The notes: generated from the sequence alone by a model not told the origin. 42,692 nt of DNA from Clostridia bacterium (GCA_024404065.1 JAKSQR010000001.1:1-42692); one strand, 5' to 3'; shown: positions 6,820-18,839, counted from the stretch's first letter. Numbers and translations: made by a program.

Positions 6820-7452
6820 ATGCAGAAAGCACTCATCGGCAAGAAGATCGGTATGACACAGATCTTCGATGAAAAGGGAAACGTAATTCCCGTAACAGTA
6901 GTTGAAGCAGGCCCCTGCACCGTTGTTATGAAGAAGACAACTGAGAACGACGGTTACGAAGCAGTACAGCTTGGTTTCGGCGATGTAAAAGTTCAGAGAG
7001 TTAACAAGCCTATGATGGGCCACTTCAAGAAGAATGATGTAGCTCCCAAGAAGACTCTTAAAGAGTTCAAGCTTGATGACATGAACGCAGTTAATGTTGG
7101 TGATATCCTCACCGCAGACATCTTTGCAGTAGGCGACAAGGTTGACGTTGTTGGTACAAGCAAAGGTAAGGGCACAGCAGGTGCCATTAAGAGATGGAAT
7201 TTCTCAAGACTTAAAGAATCACACGGTACAGGTCCTGTTGCAAGACATGCCGGTTCACTTGGCGCTTGCTCCGATCCCTCAAGAGTTTACAAGGGAAAGA
7301 AACTTGCAGGTCACCTCGGTTGTGAAAGAGTTACCATCCAGAATCTCATGGTAGCAAAAATTGATGCAGACAATAACCTCGTAGCTATCAAGGGCGCCAT
7401 CCCCGGCCCCAAGGGCGGCATCGTAGTTATTCGTGATGCTAAGAAAGCATAA
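6820..7452 (+). CDS. rplC: 50S ribosomal protein L3
   Basis: GKKIGMTQIF, DGYEAVQLG, SKGKG; operon position. Confidence 0.99.
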   Translation: MQKALIGKKIGMTQIFDEKGNVIPVTVVEAGPCTVVMKKTTENDGYEAVQLGFGDVKVQRVNKPMMGHFKKNDVAPKKTLKEFKLDDMNAVNVGDILTADIFAVGDKVDVVGTSKGKGTAGAIKRWNFSRLKESHGTGPVARHAGSLGACSDPSRVYKGKKLAGHLGCERVTIQNLMVAKIDADNNLVAIKGAIPGPKGGIVVIRDAKKA

Positions 7453-7469
7453 GGAAAGGAGTAGAACAA

Positions 7470-8093
7470 ATGCCTACAGTAGCAGTTAAAGACATGACAG
7501 GTAAAAAGGTTTCCGACCTTGAGCTTGCAGAAAGCATTTTCGGAATCGAGCCCAGCATTCCTGCTATGCACCTTTGCGTAGTAGCATATCTGGCAAATCA
7601 GCGTCAGGGCACACAGTCTACCCTTACCAGATCAGAAGTAAGCGGCGGCGGCAAGAAGCCCTGGAGACAGAAGGGTACAGGCCGTGCAAGACAGGGTTCA
7701 ACAAGAGCTCCACAGTGGTATCACGGTGGTATCTCACATGGTCCCAAGCCCCGTACTTATCACAAGGACGTAAACAAGAAGGTAAGAAGACTTGCTATGA
7801 AGTCTGCTCTTTCAGCTAAGGTTGCTGATAACGAGCTTATCGTTCTTGACGATCTTAAACTTGACTCAATCAAGACCAAGGAAATGGCCAAGGTTGTAAA
7901 GGCACTCGATGCTGGCAAGAAGGTTACATTCGTACTTCCTGAGAAGAACGATACAATCTACCTTTCAGCTCGTAACATTGCCGGTGTTAAGACAACTCTT
8001 GTAAACACACTCAACGTTTATGACATCCTCAACTGCGACACAATCGTAGTTCTTAAGGACGCTGTAAGCAAGATCGAGGAGGTATATGCATGA
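7470..8093 (+). CDS. rplD: 50S ribosomal protein L4
   Basis: [14 protein letters not shown]. Confidence 0.99.
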   Translation: MPTVAVKDMTGKKVSDLELAESIFGIEPSIPAMHLCVVAYLANQRQGTQSTLTRSEVSGGGKKPWRQKGTGRARQGSTRAPQWYHGGISHGPKPRTYHKDVNKKVRRLAMKSALSAKVADNELIVLDDLKLDSIKTKEMAKVVKALDAGKKVTFVLPEKNDTIYLSARNIAGVKTTLVNTLNVYDILNCDTIVVLKDAVSKIEEVYA

Positions 8094-8386
8094 GTAGATT
8101 AGCAGAAGACATCATCATCCGTCCTATCATCACTGAAAACAGCATGGACGGTGTTGCAGATAAGAAGTACACCTTCGAAGTTGCAAAGGATGCAAACAAA
8201 ATTGAAATTGCTAAGGCAGTTGAAAAGCTTTTCGATGTAAAGGTTGCTAAGGTTAACACAATCAACGTTAACGGCAAGCTCAGAAGATATGGCCGTTTTG
8301 AGGGCTATACAGCTTCTATGAAGAAGGCAATCGTTACTCTTACAGAAGATTCCAAGACTATCGAATTCTTCGATGGTATGATGTAA
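8090..8386 (+). CDS. rplW: 50S ribosomal protein L23
   Basis: [20 protein letters not shown]. Confidence 0.98.
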   Translation: MSRLAEDIIIRPIITENSMDGVADKKYTFEVAKDANKIEIAKAVEKLFDVKVAKVNTINVNGKLRRYGRFEGYTASMKKAIVTLTEDSKTIEFFDGMM

Positions 8387-8466
8387 TCTGGTAAACCAAT
8401 AAACTAAATCCAGCGGTAAGGTATGGAGTCGAATGACTCCGCAAAGCTGCTATAAGGAGAAAGAAT

Positions 8467-9300
8467 ATGGCTATTAAATTCTACAAGCCGACTACAAACG
8501 CAAGACGTAATATGTCGGTTACAGATTACTCCGAGCTTTCAAAGGTTGCTCCCGAAAGAAGCCTTCTTGTTTCACTCAAGAAGAACAGCGGCCGTAACAG
8601 CTACGGAAGAATCACAGTTCGTCACAGAGGTGGCGGCGTTCGCACAAAGTATCGTATTATCGACTTTAAGAGAGATAAGTTCGATGTACCTGCAACAGTT
8701 GAGTCAATCGAATACGATCCCAACCGTTCAGCATTCATCGCTCTCCTCAAGTACGAAGATGGTGAGAAGAGATACATCCTCCAGCCTGTAGGTCTTAAGG
8801 TTGGCGACACAGTTCTTGCTGGTCCCAATGCAGACATTATGCCTGGTAACGCTCTTCCCCTCAAGAATATCCCTGTTGGTACAGTTGTTCACAACGTAGA
8901 GCTTTATCCCGGCAGAGGCGGCCAGCTTGCAAGAGCAGCAGGTAACTCAGCACAGCTCATGGCTAAGGAAGGCGTTTACGCTCTCCTCAGACTTCCTTCA
9001 GGCGAACTTCGTAACGTATCAGCTGACTGTATGGCTACAGTTGGTCAGGTAGGTAACGCAGACCATGAAAACGTTAAGATCGGTAAGGCTGGTCGTAAGC
9101 GTCACATGGGTTGGAGACCTACAGTTCGTGGTTCTGTAATGAACCCCAATGACCACCCCCACGGTGGTGGTGAAGGTAAATCCCCCATCGGCCGTCCCGG
9201 CCCTGTTACTCCTTGGGGTAAGCCTGCACTTGGTTACAAGACCAGAAAGACAAAGAAAGCATCAGACAAACTCATCGTAAAGCGTCGTAACGACAAATAA
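8467..9300 (+). CDS. rplB: 50S ribosomal protein L2
   Basis: [25 protein letters not shown]. Confidence 0.99.
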   Translation: MAIKFYKPTTNARRNMSVTDYSELSKVAPERSLLVSLKKNSGRNSYGRITVRHRGGGVRTKYRIIDFKRDKFDVPATVESIEYDPNRSAFIALLKYEDGEKRYILQPVGLKVGDTVLAGPNADIMPGNALPLKNIPVGTVVHNVELYPGRGGQLARAAGNSAQLMAKEGVYALLRLPSGELRNVSADCMATVGQVGNADHENVKIGKAGRKRHMGWRPTVRGSVMNPNDHPHGGGEGKSPIGRPGPVTPWGKPALGYKTRKTKKASDKLIVKRRNDK

Positions 9301-9319
9301 GTGAAAGGAGCAGATAATA

Positions 9320-9601
9320 ATGGGCAGAAGCGTTAAAAAAGGACCCTTTGTGCAGCCTAAACTGCTCGAAAGAGTTCAGGAGATGAATAAGAATGGTGAG
9401 AAGCAGGTTCTTAAGACCTGGAGCCGTTCATCAACAATCTTCCCCGATTTTGTTGGTCACACATTTGCCGTTCATGACGGACGCAAGCATGTTCCTGTTT
9501 ATGTAACAGAGGATATGGTTGGCCACAAGCTTGGTGAATTTGCACCTACAAGAACCTTCAAAGGTCATGCAGGTTCAAAGACTTCAAATAATGGTAAATA
9601 A
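9320..9601 (+). CDS. rpsS: 30S ribosomal protein S19
   Basis: [24 protein letters not shown]. Confidence 0.99.
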   Translation: MGRSVKKGPFVQPKLLERVQEMNKNGEKQVLKTWSRSSTIFPDFVGHTFAVHDGRKHVPVYVTEDMVGHKLGEFAPTRTFKGHAGSKTSNNGK

Positions 9602-9624
9602 TCAGCGAAAGGAGTGTATTACTA

Positions 9625-9987
9625 ATGTCAGATAAGGAAATGATGAGCGTGCCCACAGCAACAGCTAAGGCCACTTACATCCGTATTGCTCCTCGTAAGG
9701 TTCAGATCGTTCTCGATCTTATCAGAAACCAGCCCGTGGAGAAAGCAATGGCAATTCTCAAGTACACACCCAAAGCTGCGTGTGAACCTTTAGAGAAGCT
9801 CTTAAAGTCAGCTATTGCAAATGCTGAAAACAACAATAATATGGACGTTGATCGTCTTTATGTTGCAGAATGCAGCGTAAGCCAGGGCCCCACTCTTAAG
9901 AGAATCAGACCCAGAGCACAGGGCAGAGCTTACAGAATTAACAAGAAGACATCACACATTACCCTTGTACTTAAGGAAATGGAATAA
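9625..9987 (+). CDS. rplV: 50S ribosomal protein L22
   Basis: [24 protein letters not shown]. Confidence 0.99.
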   Translation: MSDKEMMSVPTATAKATYIRIAPRKVQIVLDLIRNQPVEKAMAILKYTPKAACEPLEKLLKSAIANAENNNNMDVDRLYVAECSVSQGPTLKRIRPRAQGRAYRINKKTSHITLVLKEME

Positions 9988-10006
9988 TCGAAGAGGAGGT
10001 TAGACA

Positions 10007-10702
10007 ATGGGACAGAAAATTAATCCTACCGGTCTTAGAATCGGTGTTATAAAGCCCTGGGAATCCCGCTGGTATTGCGATCCCAACAAGTTCGGCGACA
10101 CTCTCATTGAAGACTATAATCTTCGTGAGTATCTCCTTGAGAAGCTTGCTCCCGCAGGCGTTCCTAAGGTAGAGATCGAACGTGATGCAAAGCGTGTATA
10201 CGTTAACATCCACTGCGCAAAGCCCGGTATGGTAATCGGCAGACAGGGCGCAGAAATTGAGAAGCTTAAGGAAATCTGCTCCAAGAAGCTTGGTGGCAAG
10301 GAAGTTTCCCTTAATATTATTGAAATCAAGAATCCTGATCTCAATGCTCAGCTTGTTGCTGAAAACATTGCTTCTCAGATTGAAAGAAGAATCTCACACC
10401 GTCGTGCAATCAAGCAGTCAATCGGCCGCATCATGAAGCTCGGCGCAAGAGGTATTAAGATTCAGTGCTCAGGCCGTCTTGGCGGTCGTGAAATCGCTGG
10501 TTCTGAAACTTATAAAGAGGGTACAATTCCTCTTCAGACAATCCGTGCTGACATCGACTATGGTTTTGCTGAGGCAAAAACAACATACGGTCGTATCGGC
10601 GTTAAGGTTTGGCTTTACAGAGGCGAAGTTCTTCGTGAAGCAAGAACTAACAATCGTCCTCGCAGACAGCGCAGAGAAAACAGAGAAGGAGGTAACTCAT
10701 AA
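10007..10702 (+). CDS. rpsC: 30S ribosomal protein S3
   Basis: [15 protein letters not shown] domain [17 protein letters not shown]. Confidence 0.99.
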   Translation: MGQKINPTGLRIGVIKPWESRWYCDPNKFGDTLIEDYNLREYLLEKLAPAGVPKVEIERDAKRVYVNIHCAKPGMVIGRQGAEIEKLKEICSKKLGGKEVSLNIIEIKNPDLNAQLVAENIASQIERRISHRRAIKQSIGRIMKLGARGIKIQCSGRLGGREIAGSETYKEGTIPLQTIRADIDYGFAEAKTTYGRIGVKVWLYRGEVLREARTNNRPRRQRRENREGGNS

Positions 10703-11127
10703 TGCTTTTACCTAAGCGTGTTAAGTACCGTAGAGTACAGAGAGGCAGACTTACTGGTAAAGCTACAAGAGGTAACAAAGTTACTTACGGTGATTTTGGT
10801 CTCGTAGCTATGGAGCCTGCATGGATTACCTCAAACCAGATCGAAGCAGCCCGTGTTGCTATGACAAGATATATCAAGCGTGGCGGTCAGGTTTGGATTA
10901 AGATTTTCCCTGATAAGCCCATCACAGAGAAGCCTGCTGAAACCCGAATGGGTTCAGGTAAAGGTTCACCTGAATATTGGGTAGCAGTTGTTAAGCCCGG
11001 CAGAGTAATGTTTGAAATCGCCGGCGTTGATAGAGAAGTTGCAGCAGAAGCTATGCGTCTTGCAGCTAACAAGCTTCCTATCAAGTGTAAGTTCGTAACT
11101 AAGGAAGAAATGGGGGTTGAGCAGTAA
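10702..11127 (+). CDS. rplP: 50S ribosomal protein L16
   Basis: [18 protein letters not shown]. Confidence 0.99.
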   Translation: MLLPKRVKYRRVQRGRLTGKATRGNKVTYGDFGLVAMEPAWITSNQIEAARVAMTRYIKRGGQVWIKIFPDKPITEKPAETRMGSGKGSPEYWVAVVKPGRVMFEIAGVDREVAAEAMRLAANKLPIKCKFVTKEEMGVEQ

Positions 11128-11330
11128 TGAAAGCAAGTGAAATCAGAAATCTTTCCGCTGCAGAGCTTGATGCTAAGCTTGCAGAACTCAAAGACGAGCT
11201 CTTTAAACTTCGCTTCCAGCAGGCAGTAAACCAGCTCGACAACCCAATGCGTATAAGTGCCGTTAAAAAGGATATCGCTCGTATTAAGACAGTACAGAGA
11301 GATATCGAACTCCACGGCACAAACGCTTGA
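11127..11330 (+). CDS. rpmC: 50S ribosomal protein L29
   Basis: [17 protein letters not shown]. Confidence 0.98.
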   Translation: MKASEIRNLSAAELDAKLAELKDELFKLRFQQAVNQLDNPMRISAVKKDIARIKTVQRDIELHGTNA

Positions 11331-11350
11331 GAAAGGGAGGTTAACAGACT

Positions 11351-11605
11351 ATGGAAAGAAACCTCAGAAAAACTCGCGTTGGTATCGTAACCAGCGATAA
11401 GATGGATAAGACTGTAGTTGTTTCCGTTAAGGACAGAGTCAGACATCCTCTCTATAAGAAAATTGTTAATAATACTTATAAGCTTAAGGCACACGATGAA
11501 AACAACGAGTGCGGTTTAGGCGACAGAGTACTTGTTATGGAAACCCGTCCCATGTCAAAGGACAAGAGATGGCGTGTAGTAGAAATCATTGAGAAGGCTA
11601 AATAA
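11351..11605 (+). CDS. rpsQ: 30S ribosomal protein S17
   Basis: [27 protein letters not shown]. Confidence 0.99.
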   Translation: MERNLRKTRVGIVTSDKMDKTVVVSVKDRVRHPLYKKIVNNTYKLKAHDENNECGLGDRVLVMETRPMSKDKRWRVVEIIEKAK

Positions 11606-11631
11606 TTAGCCGATGTAAGGAGGAAAACACT

Positions 11632-12000
11632 GTGATACAGCAACAGAGTTACCTCAAGGTTGCCGACAATACCGGTGCAAAAGAAATTATGTGCATCCGT
11701 GTACTTGGCGGTTCCGGCAGGAGGTATGCCAATATTGGCGACGTCGTAGTTGCTTCTGTTAAGAAGGCAACACCCGGCGGCGTAGTTAAAAAAGGCGAAG
11801 TTGTTAAAGCTGTTGTAGTTCGTACAGCAAGCGGTCTTCGCCGTGAAGACGGTACTTACATTCGCTTTGATGAGAATGCAGCCGTCATCATTAAGGACGA
11901 TAAGAGCCCCAAAGGCACCCGTATCTTTGGGCCAGTAGCTAGAGAGCTCCGTGAAAAGGATTATACAAAGATTCTTTCACTTGCTCCCGAAGTACTTTAA
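11632..12000 (+). CDS. rplN: 50S ribosomal protein L14
   Basis: [19 protein letters not shown]; GTG start. Confidence 0.99.
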   Translation: MIQQQSYLKVADNTGAKEIMCIRVLGGSGRRYANIGDVVVASVKKATPGGVVKKGEVVKAVVVRTASGLRREDGTYIRFDENAAVIIKDDKSPKGTRIFGPVARELREKDYTKILSLAPEVL

Positions 12001-12013
12001 TCGGAGGTGCGGT

Positions 12014-12331
12014 ATGAGTAAGGTTCATGTTAAGACAGGCGACGAAGTAGTCGTAATTAACGGCAAATACAGAGGCACAACCGGTAAGGTAATGCAGGTA
12101 AGCCCCTCAGAAGGCAAAGTTATTGTTGAAGGCGTTAACATCGTTAAGAAGCATGTTAAGCCCAAGAGAATGGGTGAGCCCGGCGGCATTATCGAAGCAG
12201 AAAGTGCTCTTTATGCTGAAAAGGTTCAGCTTATTTGCCCCAAGTGTGGCAAGCCCACAAGAGTTGGTAAGAAAGTTACCGACGATGGTAAAAAAGTACG
12301 TGTTTGCAAGAAGTGCAACGCAGAATTTTAA
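12014..12331 (+). CDS. rplX: 50S ribosomal protein L24
   Basis: KOW motif [12 protein letters not shown] and C-terminal CPKC..CKKC. GGAGGTG RBS gives start 12014. Confidence 0.98.
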   Translation: MSKVHVKTGDEVVVINGKYRGTTGKVMQVSPSEGKVIVEGVNIVKKHVKPKRMGEPGGIIEAESALYAEKVQLICPKCGKPTRVGKKVTDDGKKVRVCKKCNAEF

Positions 12332-12350
12332 TTAGAGGAGGATACAACTA

Positions 12351-12890
12351 ATGGCAAGATTAAAGACTAAATATGTTGAAGAAGTTGCACCTGCTCTTAT
12401 GAAGAAATTCGAGTACAAGAGTGTTATGCAGATTCCCAAGCTTGATAAAATCGTAGTTAACGTAGGCTGCGGTGAAGACAAGGACAACAGCAAGGCTCTC
12501 GATGCTATTTCATCAGACCTTATGCAGATTACAGGTCAGAAGCCCGTTCTCTGTAAGGCTAAGAAGTCCGTTGCTAACTTCAAGCTTCGTGAAGGCATGG
12601 TAATCGGTGCAAAAGTAACTCTCAGAGGCGACAGAATGTATGAGTTCCTTGACAGACTCTTCAATCTCGCTCTTCCCAGAGTTCGTGACTTCAGAGGTAT
12701 AAACCCCAACTCCTTCGATGGCAGAGGTAACTACTCAATGGGCATCAAGGAACAGCTTATATTCCCTGAAATCGATTATGATAAGATTGACAAGGTTAGA
12801 GGTATGGACATCTGCTTTGTTACTACAGCAAATACAGACGAAGAAGCAAGAGAGCTCCTCACACTTATGGGCGCTCCATTTGCAAAGTAA
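12351..12890 (+). CDS. rplE: 50S ribosomal protein L5
   Basis: [24 protein letters not shown]. Confidence 0.99.
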   Translation: MARLKTKYVEEVAPALMKKFEYKSVMQIPKLDKIVVNVGCGEDKDNSKALDAISSDLMQITGQKPVLCKAKKSVANFKLREGMVIGAKVTLRGDRMYEFLDRLFNLALPRVRDFRGINPNSFDGRGNYSMGIKEQLIFPEIDYDKIDKVRGMDICFVTTANTDEEARELLTLMGAPFAK

Positions 12891-12902
12891 GGAGGGAAAA
12901 CC

Positions 12903-13088
12903 GTGGCTAAAACATCACAGAAAGTTAGACAGGCACGTCCTGCTAAGTACAGCACAAGAGCTTACTCAAGATGTAAGATCTGCGGAAGACCTCATGCTTA
13001 TCTTCGTAAGTATGGCGTTTGCCGTATATGTTTCAGAGAGCTTGCACATGCAGGCCAGATCCCCGGCGTTAAGAAAGCAAGTTGGTAA
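12903..13088 (+). CDS. rpsN: 30S ribosomal protein S14, zinc-binding 61-aa type
   Basis: [15 protein letters not shown]. Confidence 0.99.
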   Translation: MAKTSQKVRQARPAKYSTRAYSRCKICGRPHAYLRKYGVCRICFRELAHAGQIPGVKKASW

Positions 13089-13116
13089 TTGAGCAATTGC
13101 AAAGGAGGTAAACAGT

Positions 13117-13515
13117 ATGCAAATTACTGATTCCATCGCTGATATGCTCACCCGTATCCGTAATGCGAATGCGGCAAAGCATGATACAGTGAAAGTTCCC
13201 GCATCCAACATGAAGAAAGCGATTGCTCAGATTCTTGTTGATGAGGGTTACATAAAGAGTTTCAAAGTTGAGGACGACGGTAAGCAGGGCGTTATCGAAA
13301 TCGCTCTTAAGTACGGTCCCAACAAGTCTCAGGTAATCACCGGTCTTCGCAGAGTTTCAAAGCCCGGCCTGAGAATTTACACAGACGTTGAGAATATGCC
13401 CAAGGTTATGAAGGGCATCGGCATTGCCATTCTCTCAACATCTAAAGGCGTTATGACTGATAAGGACGCTCGTAAAGCCAATGTTGGCGGCGAAGTTCTT
13501 GCATTTATTTGGTAA
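13117..13515 (+). CDS. rpsH: 30S ribosomal protein S8
   Basis: [30 protein letters not shown]. Confidence 0.99.
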   Translation: MQITDSIADMLTRIRNANAAKHDTVKVPASNMKKAIAQILVDEGYIKSFKVEDDGKQGVIEIALKYGPNKSQVITGLRRVSKPGLRIYTDVENMPKVMKGIGIAILSTSKGVMTDKDARKANVGGEVLAFIW

Positions 13516-13529
13516 GGAGGTAGCATTCA

Positions 13530-14075
13530 ATGTCACGTATAGGCAAACAGCCCATCGTTATACCTGCTGGTGTTGATGTTACTGTTGAAGGCAACCTTGT
13601 TACCGTAAAGGGCCCCAAGGGCACTCTTTCAAGAGAAATTCATCCCAACATCACAGTTGAAAAGGATGGTAACGAAATTAAGGTTACTCGTCCTGACGAC
13701 AAAAAAGAAAACAGATCACTTCATGGTCTTTCAAGAACTCTTATCGCTAACATGGTATATGGTTGCAGCGAGTCCTTCAAGAAGGAACTCGAGGTAAACG
13801 GTATCGGTTACCGTGCAGAGCTCAAGGGTAAAGAGCTTGTACTTAAAGTAGGTTACTCACATGATGTTATCATGGCAGTTCCCGAAGGTATCACAGTAGA
13901 AGTTCCCGGCCCCAACAAGATCATCATCTCTGGTGCCGATAAGCAGAAGGTTGGTCAGTACGCTGCCAACGTTCGTGAGAAGAGACCTCCCGAACCCTAC
14001 AAGGGCAAAGGCATTAAGTATGCTGATGAGCATATCCGCCGTAAGGAAGGTAAAGCCGGTAAGGGCGGCAAATAA
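13530..14075 (+). CDS. rplF: 50S ribosomal protein L6
   Basis: [18 protein letters not shown]. Confidence 0.99.
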   Translation: MSRIGKQPIVIPAGVDVTVEGNLVTVKGPKGTLSREIHPNITVEKDGNEIKVTRPDDKKENRSLHGLSRTLIANMVYGCSESFKKELEVNGIGYRAELKGKELVLKVGYSHDVIMAVPEGITVEVPGPNKIIISGADKQKVGQYAANVREKRPPEPYKGKGIKYADEHIRRKEGKAGKGGK

Positions 14076-14099
14076 TAAGAGTATAAGGAGTGAAATAAA

Positions 14100-14459
14100 A
14101 TGGTTTCTAGACCAGACACTAATAAGGCCAGACAGCATCGCCATAAGAGAGTTCGTGGTAAAATCTCTGGTACAGCTGAATGTCCTCGTCTTAATGTTTA
14201 CCGTTCCCTCCAGCACATCTATGCACAGTTAATCGATGATGTTACAGGTACAACACTTGCAGCAGCATCAACTGTTGAAAAAGATTTTGAAGAGTACGGT
14301 GGAAATAAGACCGCAGCTCACAAAGTGGGCGAAATGATCGCAAAGCGTGCCGCTGAAAAGGGTATCACTGAGTGTGTATACGACAGAGGCGGTTATGTAT
14401 ATCACGGCAGAGTTCAGGAACTCGCCGAAGGCGCCCGTGAGGGTGGCCTCAAATTCTGA
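14100..14459 (+). CDS. rplR: 50S ribosomal protein L18
   Basis: [19 protein letters not shown]. Confidence 0.99.
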   Translation: MVSRPDTNKARQHRHKRVRGKISGTAECPRLNVYRSLQHIYAQLIDDVTGTTLAAASTVEKDFEEYGGNKTAAHKVGEMIAKRAAEKGITECVYDRGGYVYHGRVQELAEGAREGGLKF

Positions 14460-14476
14460 GAAAGGAGAAAATCATT

Positions 14477-14977
14477 ATGGCAAAACTTGATGCTTCAAAC
14501 TATGAGCTTACAGAGCGTGTAGTAGCTATCAACCGTGTATCCAAAACCGTAAAGGGCGGCCGTATCATGAAGTTCTCCGCTCTCGTAGTTGTTGGTGACG
14601 GCAACGGCGTAATCGGCTTCGGCCTTGGTAAGTCAGGCGAAGTTCCCGACGCTATCCGTAAGGGTATTGAAGATGCAAAGAAGAACCTTATTCAGGTTTC
14701 TCTTAAGGGCACAACAATTCCTCACGAAATCACCGGTAAATTCGGTGCTGGCGTTGTTCTTCTTAAGCCTGCTGCACCTGGTACCGGCGTTATCGCTGGT
14801 GGCCCCGTTCGTGCTGTTATCGAAACAGTAGGTATTAAGGATATCCGTACAAAGGCTCTCCGTTCAAACAATCCTTGCAACGTTGTAAGAGCTACTATTG
14901 ACGGACTTTCAAAACTCCGTACAGCTGAAGAAGTTGCTGCAATCCGTGGCAAGACAGCTAAGGAAATTATAGGTTAA
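14477..14977 (+). CDS. rpsE: 30S ribosomal protein S5
   Basis: [20 protein letters not shown]. Confidence 0.99.
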   Translation: MAKLDASNYELTERVVAINRVSKTVKGGRIMKFSALVVVGDGNGVIGFGLGKSGEVPDAIRKGIEDAKKNLIQVSLKGTTIPHEITGKFGAGVVLLKPAAPGTGVIAGGPVRAVIETVGIKDIRTKALRSNNPCNVVRATIDGLSKLRTAEEVAAIRGKTAKEIIG

Positions 14978-14991
14978 GGAGGGCGGAAAGA

Positions 14992-15174
14992 ATGGCAGAT
15001 TTACAGGTAAAGCTTGCAAAGAGCTTAATCGGTTCAACAAAGTCTCAGATTGCAACCGCCCACGCACTTGGTCTTCACAAGATTGGCGACGTTAAGGTTC
15101 AGCCCGATAACGAAGCTACTAAAGGTAAGATCAAAAAGCTTGCTCATCTTCTTGAAGTAAGCGAAGTTAAATAA
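14992..15174 (+). CDS. rpmD: 50S ribosomal protein L30
   Basis: KSLIG..ALGL.KI; position between rpsE and rplO. Confidence 0.97.
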   Translation: MADLQVKLAKSLIGSTKSQIATAHALGLHKIGDVKVQPDNEATKGKIKKLAHLLEVSEVK

Positions 15175-15188
15175 GGAGGAGCGGCTAA

Positions 15189-15632
15189 ATGAAATTACAT
15201 GATCTCGCACCCGCAGCTGGTGCTTCAAAAGAGCGTAAGCGCATTGGTCGTGGTCCTGCTTCAGGCCAGGGCAAAACAGCTGGTAAGGGTCATAAGGGCC
15301 AGAAGGCTCGTGCCGGTAGAGGTATGAGACCCGGTTTTGAAGGCGGTCAGATGCCCCTTCAGAGAAGAATCCCCAAGCGTGGATTCAATAACATTTTCGG
15401 TACTGAGATGGCTATCGTAAACGTAGCTACTCTTGATAAGTATTATGAGGACGGCGCAACTGTTACAGTTGAAAACCTTCTTGAGAAGGGTATCCTCAGC
15501 AAGTCTATGGACGGCGTTAAAGTTTTAGGACAGGGCGAAATTTCCAAGAAGCTTACCGTTCAGGTTAATGCTTTTTCCGAAAGCGCAAAGTCTAAGATCG
15601 AAGCTGCCGGAGGAAAGGCAGAGGTGATCTGA
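15189..15632 (+). CDS. rplO: 50S ribosomal protein L15
   Basis: [27 protein letters not shown]. Confidence 0.99.
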   Translation: MKLHDLAPAAGASKERKRIGRGPASGQGKTAGKGHKGQKARAGRGMRPGFEGGQMPLQRRIPKRGFNNIFGTEMAIVNVATLDKYYEDGATVTVENLLEKGILSKSMDGVKVLGQGEISKKLTVQVNAFSESAKSKIEAAGGKAEVI

Positions 15633-15633
15633 G

Positions 15634-17019
15634 TTGTTCCAGACTATCGTTAATGCTTGGAAGATCGCTGATATCCGTAAGAAGATTCTTTACACAGCAC
15701 TTATCGTGCTTATCTTCAGAATCGGTTCAGCTATCCCAGTTCCATTCACTGCTATTGCTTCAACCGGTCTTATCGGTGCAAATGAAGCAGGCACATTCAT
15801 GAACTACCTTACAATGATGACAGGTGACGCATTCAACTATGGTACCATTTTTGCAATGTCAATCACCCCCTACATCAACAGTTCAATTATTATGCAGCTT
15901 CTTGCTGTAGCTATCCCCGCTCTTGAGAGACTCTCTCAGGAAGGCGAGGAAGGCCGTAAGAAGATTGCTTCTATCACAAGATTTGTAACTATCGTACTTG
16001 GTATTCTCCAGAGTACAGCTTACTTCTTCTATCTTCGTAGTAAGCGTTACATCACTCTTGACTACACAACAAACCCCAACGGTGATCTCTTCAAGGGATT
16101 CCAGGGCGTTTTCCAGGCTCTTGTAATCATACTCTGCTTAACAGCAGGTACTGCTCTTATCATGTGGCTTGGTGAAAGAATTAACGACAACGGCATCGGC
16201 AATGGTATTTCAATTATCCTTTTTGCTGGTATCGTTTCAAGAATTCCTACTCTCTTAATGAACCTCTATTCACTTAACCCTCAGATCGGTTATATGGGCA
16301 GAGGCGGCGCATATTACTTCCTTTCACCATTCGTTGGTGTAATCGCTCTTCTTATGATTGCATTCATCGTTTGGATGGATAACGCCGAGAGAAGAATTCC
16401 CATCCAGTACGCAAAGAGAGTTGTTGGCCGTAAGATGTACGGTGGTCAGAACACCCACATGCCTATCAAGGTTAATATGTCAGGTGTTATGCCCGTTATC
16501 TTCGCATCATCAATCCTTTCCCTTCCTCCAACAATCCAGATGTTTATTTCATCATCAAAGATTGAAAAGAGTCCTTTCTGGAAAGGCTTCTTCAACCTCT
16601 TTACTTCTACACACTGGGCTTACGCAATAATCTATTTCGTATTCATTATTGCTTTTGCTTACTTCTATGCAAGCATCCAGTATAACCCCGTTGAAATGTC
16701 AAAGAACATCCGTGAAAACGGTGGTTCAATCCCCGGCATCCGTCCTGGTGAGCCCACCGCAAGATACATTGGCAAGATTATAGGCAGAATCACCCTTCTT
16801 GGTGCTCTCCTTCTCAGCGTTGTAGCTCTCTTCCCAATCGTATTCTCACAGGTTACTACCGCTATCCTTCATGCTATTGATGAAACAAAGTATGCAAGCG
16901 GTATGAACATTTCACTTGGTGGTACATCAATCATCATTCTTGTTGGTGTTGCTCTTGAAACAGTTAAGCAGCTTGAAAGCCAGATGATGATGAGACACTA
17001 TAAGGGCTTCCTTGACTAA
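15634..17019 (+). CDS. secY: Preprotein translocase subunit SecY
   Basis: ITPYINSSIIMQLL, MWLGERI..GIGNGIS, IPGIRPG, GGTSIII; TTG start after GAGGTGA. Confidence 0.99.
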   Translation: MFQTIVNAWKIADIRKKILYTALIVLIFRIGSAIPVPFTAIASTGLIGANEAGTFMNYLTMMTGDAFNYGTIFAMSITPYINSSIIMQLLAVAIPALERLSQEGEEGRKKIASITRFVTIVLGILQSTAYFFYLRSKRYITLDYTTNPNGDLFKGFQGVFQALVIILCLTAGTALIMWLGERINDNGIGNGISIILFAGIVSRIPTLLMNLYSLNPQIGYMGRGGAYYFLSPFVGVIALLMIAFIVWMDNAERRIPIQYAKRVVGRKMYGGQNTHMPIKVNMSGVMPVIFASSILSLPPTIQMFISSSKIEKSPFWKGFFNLFTSTHWAYAIIYFVFIIAFAYFYASIQYNPVEMSKNIRENGGSIPGIRPGEPTARYIGKIIGRITLLGALLLSVVALFPIVFSQVTTAILHAIDETKYASGMNISLGGTSIIILVGVALETVKQLESQMMMRHYKGFLD

Positions 17020-17059
17020 GATAAGCCCTGGGCTATGCCCAAACTAATGGAGGATTAGC

Positions 17060-17809
17060 ATGATAGTGCTTAAGACAAACGGCGAAATCAAAGCCATGCA
17101 GGAAGCTGGCAAGATAGCAGCCGGAGCATTAAGAGCGGCGGGTGAGGCTGTTGAGCCTGGTGTTTCAACAGAAACCGTAAACCGCATCGCTGAAGAATAT
17201 ATAAGAAAACACGGTGCGATACCCACATTCAAGGGTTACAGTGGATTTCCCGCTGCATCATGCATTTCCATAAATGATGAGGTTATTCACGGCATTCCAA
17301 GCAAAAACCGTATCATTCAGCCTGGCGATATAGTCAGCATTGATACAGGTGCTACCTTTAAGGGCTATGTTGGCGATAATGCCGCAACATTTGCAGCAGG
17401 TGAGATTTCACCTGAGGCACAGCGGCTGTGTGACACCACCAGAGAGAGCCTTTACGAAGGCATCAAGATGGCTGTTGCAGGCGGCAGACTTGGCGACATC
17501 GGCTCCACAATCCAGAGGTATTGTGAGGAAAGAGGCTTTTCCGTCGTAAGAGAATATACCGGTCACGGTGTAGGAAGAGTTATGCATGAAGACCCCAGCG
17601 TACCGAATTATGGCACACCAGGAAGAGGTGTGCGCCTGTTACCAGGCATGACAATCGCCATTGAGCCTATGATAAATCAAGGCGTAGCAGGTATAAGGCA
17701 ATTGCCAGACGGTTGGACTGTCAAAACCAAGGACGGCAAACTCTCAGCTCACTTTGAGCACACTGTTGCAATTACATCAAATGGGCCCATTATTTTAACA
17801 ATGGTATGA
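17060..17809 (+). CDS. map: Type I methionine aminopeptidase
   Basis: CISINDEVIHGIP, GHGVG..HEDP, IEPM, SAHFEHT. Confidence 0.98.
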   Translation: MIVLKTNGEIKAMQEAGKIAAGALRAAGEAVEPGVSTETVNRIAEEYIRKHGAIPTFKGYSGFPAASCISINDEVIHGIPSKNRIIQPGDIVSIDTGATFKGYVGDNAATFAAGEISPEAQRLCDTTRESLYEGIKMAVAGGRLGDIGSTIQRYCEERGFSVVREYTGHGVGRVMHEDPSVPNYGTPGRGVRLLPGMTIAIEPMINQGVAGIRQLPDGWTVKTKDGKLSAHFEHTVAITSNGPIILTMV

Positions 17810-17813
17810 TGTT

Positions 17814-18071
17814 ATGGCAGAGCTTGAAAGAGGCAGAGTAGTTAAATCCATAGCGGGCAGAGACAGCGGCTACCTGCTTGTAGTAATACAGGCAGACAGT
17901 AAAACTGTAACAGTCTGCGATGGCAAAGAACGACCTTTAGACAGACCGAAAAGCAAAAATATCCGCCACACAGAGCCTACGGAGTATATGCTGACTGAAG
18001 CTGATATGCTTACAGACAGAGCTCTCAGAAAGGCACTCAGGCGAATAGATGTTCTAAACTGCAACAATTAG
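17814..18071 (+). CDS. KOW-domain RNA-binding protein (L14e-like)
   Basis: GRVVKSIAGRD..DG..R....PK.KN..H; usual position between map and infA. Confidence 0.88.
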   Translation: MAELERGRVVKSIAGRDSGYLLVVIQADSKTVTVCDGKERPLDRPKSKNIRHTEPTEYMLTEADMLTDRALRKALRRIDVLNCNN

Positions 18072-18080
18072 GAGGCTATT

Positions 18081-18299
18081 ATGTCCAAGCAGGATATGAT
18101 TGAAATTGAAGGTACGGTAATCGAAGCAATGCCCAATGCAACCTTCCAGGTTGAGTTGGAAAACGGCCATAGAATTATGGCACACATTTCCGGAAAGCTC
18201 AGAATGAACTACATTCGTATACTTCCCGGTGACAAGGTGACTGTAGAAATGTCACCATACGACCTTACAAAGGGTCGTATTACATGGCGATCAAAGTAA
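18081..18299 (+). CDS. infA: Translation initiation factor IF-1
   Basis: [30 protein letters not shown]. Confidence 0.99.
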   Translation: MSKQDMIEIEGTVIEAMPNATFQVELENGHRIMAHISGKLRMNYIRILPGDKVTVEMSPYDLTKGRITWRSK

Positions 18300-18317
18300 T
18301 TAAGGAGGTATTCTAAT

Positions 18318-18431
18318 ATGAAAGTCAGACCTTCTGTTAAGAAAATGTGCGAAAAATGCAAAGTAATTAAGCGCAAGGGAAAGATCATGGTAATCTGTGA
18401 GAATCCTAAGCACAAACAGCGTCAGGGTTAA
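18318..18431 (+). CDS. rpmJ: 50S ribosomal protein L36 (not in ORF track)
   Basis: Hand translation [37 protein letters not shown]; AAGGAGGT RBS. Confidence 0.99.
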   Translation: MKVRPSVKKMCEKCKVIKRKGKIMVICENPKHKQRQG

Positions 18432-18470
18432 TCCCGACGAAAACCAATTTATTGGAGGTGCAACTGACAA

Positions 18471-18839
18471 ATGGCGCGTATATCAGGTGTAGACCTTCCT
18501 AGAGAGAAGAGAATTGAAATTGCTCTTACTTACATCTATGGTATAGGTCGTAAAACAGCAGGCGACATTATTGCAGCAACAGGAATCGACCCCGATCTCA
18601 GAGTTAAGGACATGACTGAAGATGACGTTTCAAAGATTCGTGACTACATCGATCATAACCTTAAGGTAGAGGGCGATCTCCGTAGAGAAACCGCATTCGA
18701 CATCAAGAGACTTATTGAAATCGGATGCTACAGAGGCGTACGTCACAGAAAGGGTCTCCCCGTAAGAGGCCAGCGTTCAAAGACAAACGCTCGTACACGC
18801 AAGGGTCCCAAGAAGACAATTGCTAATAAGAAGAAGTAA
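18471..18839 (+). CDS. rpsM: 30S ribosomal protein S13
   Basis: [27 protein letters not shown]. Confidence 0.99.
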   Translation: MARISGVDLPREKRIEIALTYIYGIGRKTAGDIIAATGIDPDLRVKDMTEDDVSKIRDYIDHNLKVEGDLRRETAFDIKRLIEIGCYRGVRHRKGLPVRGQRSKTNARTRKGPKKTIANKKK

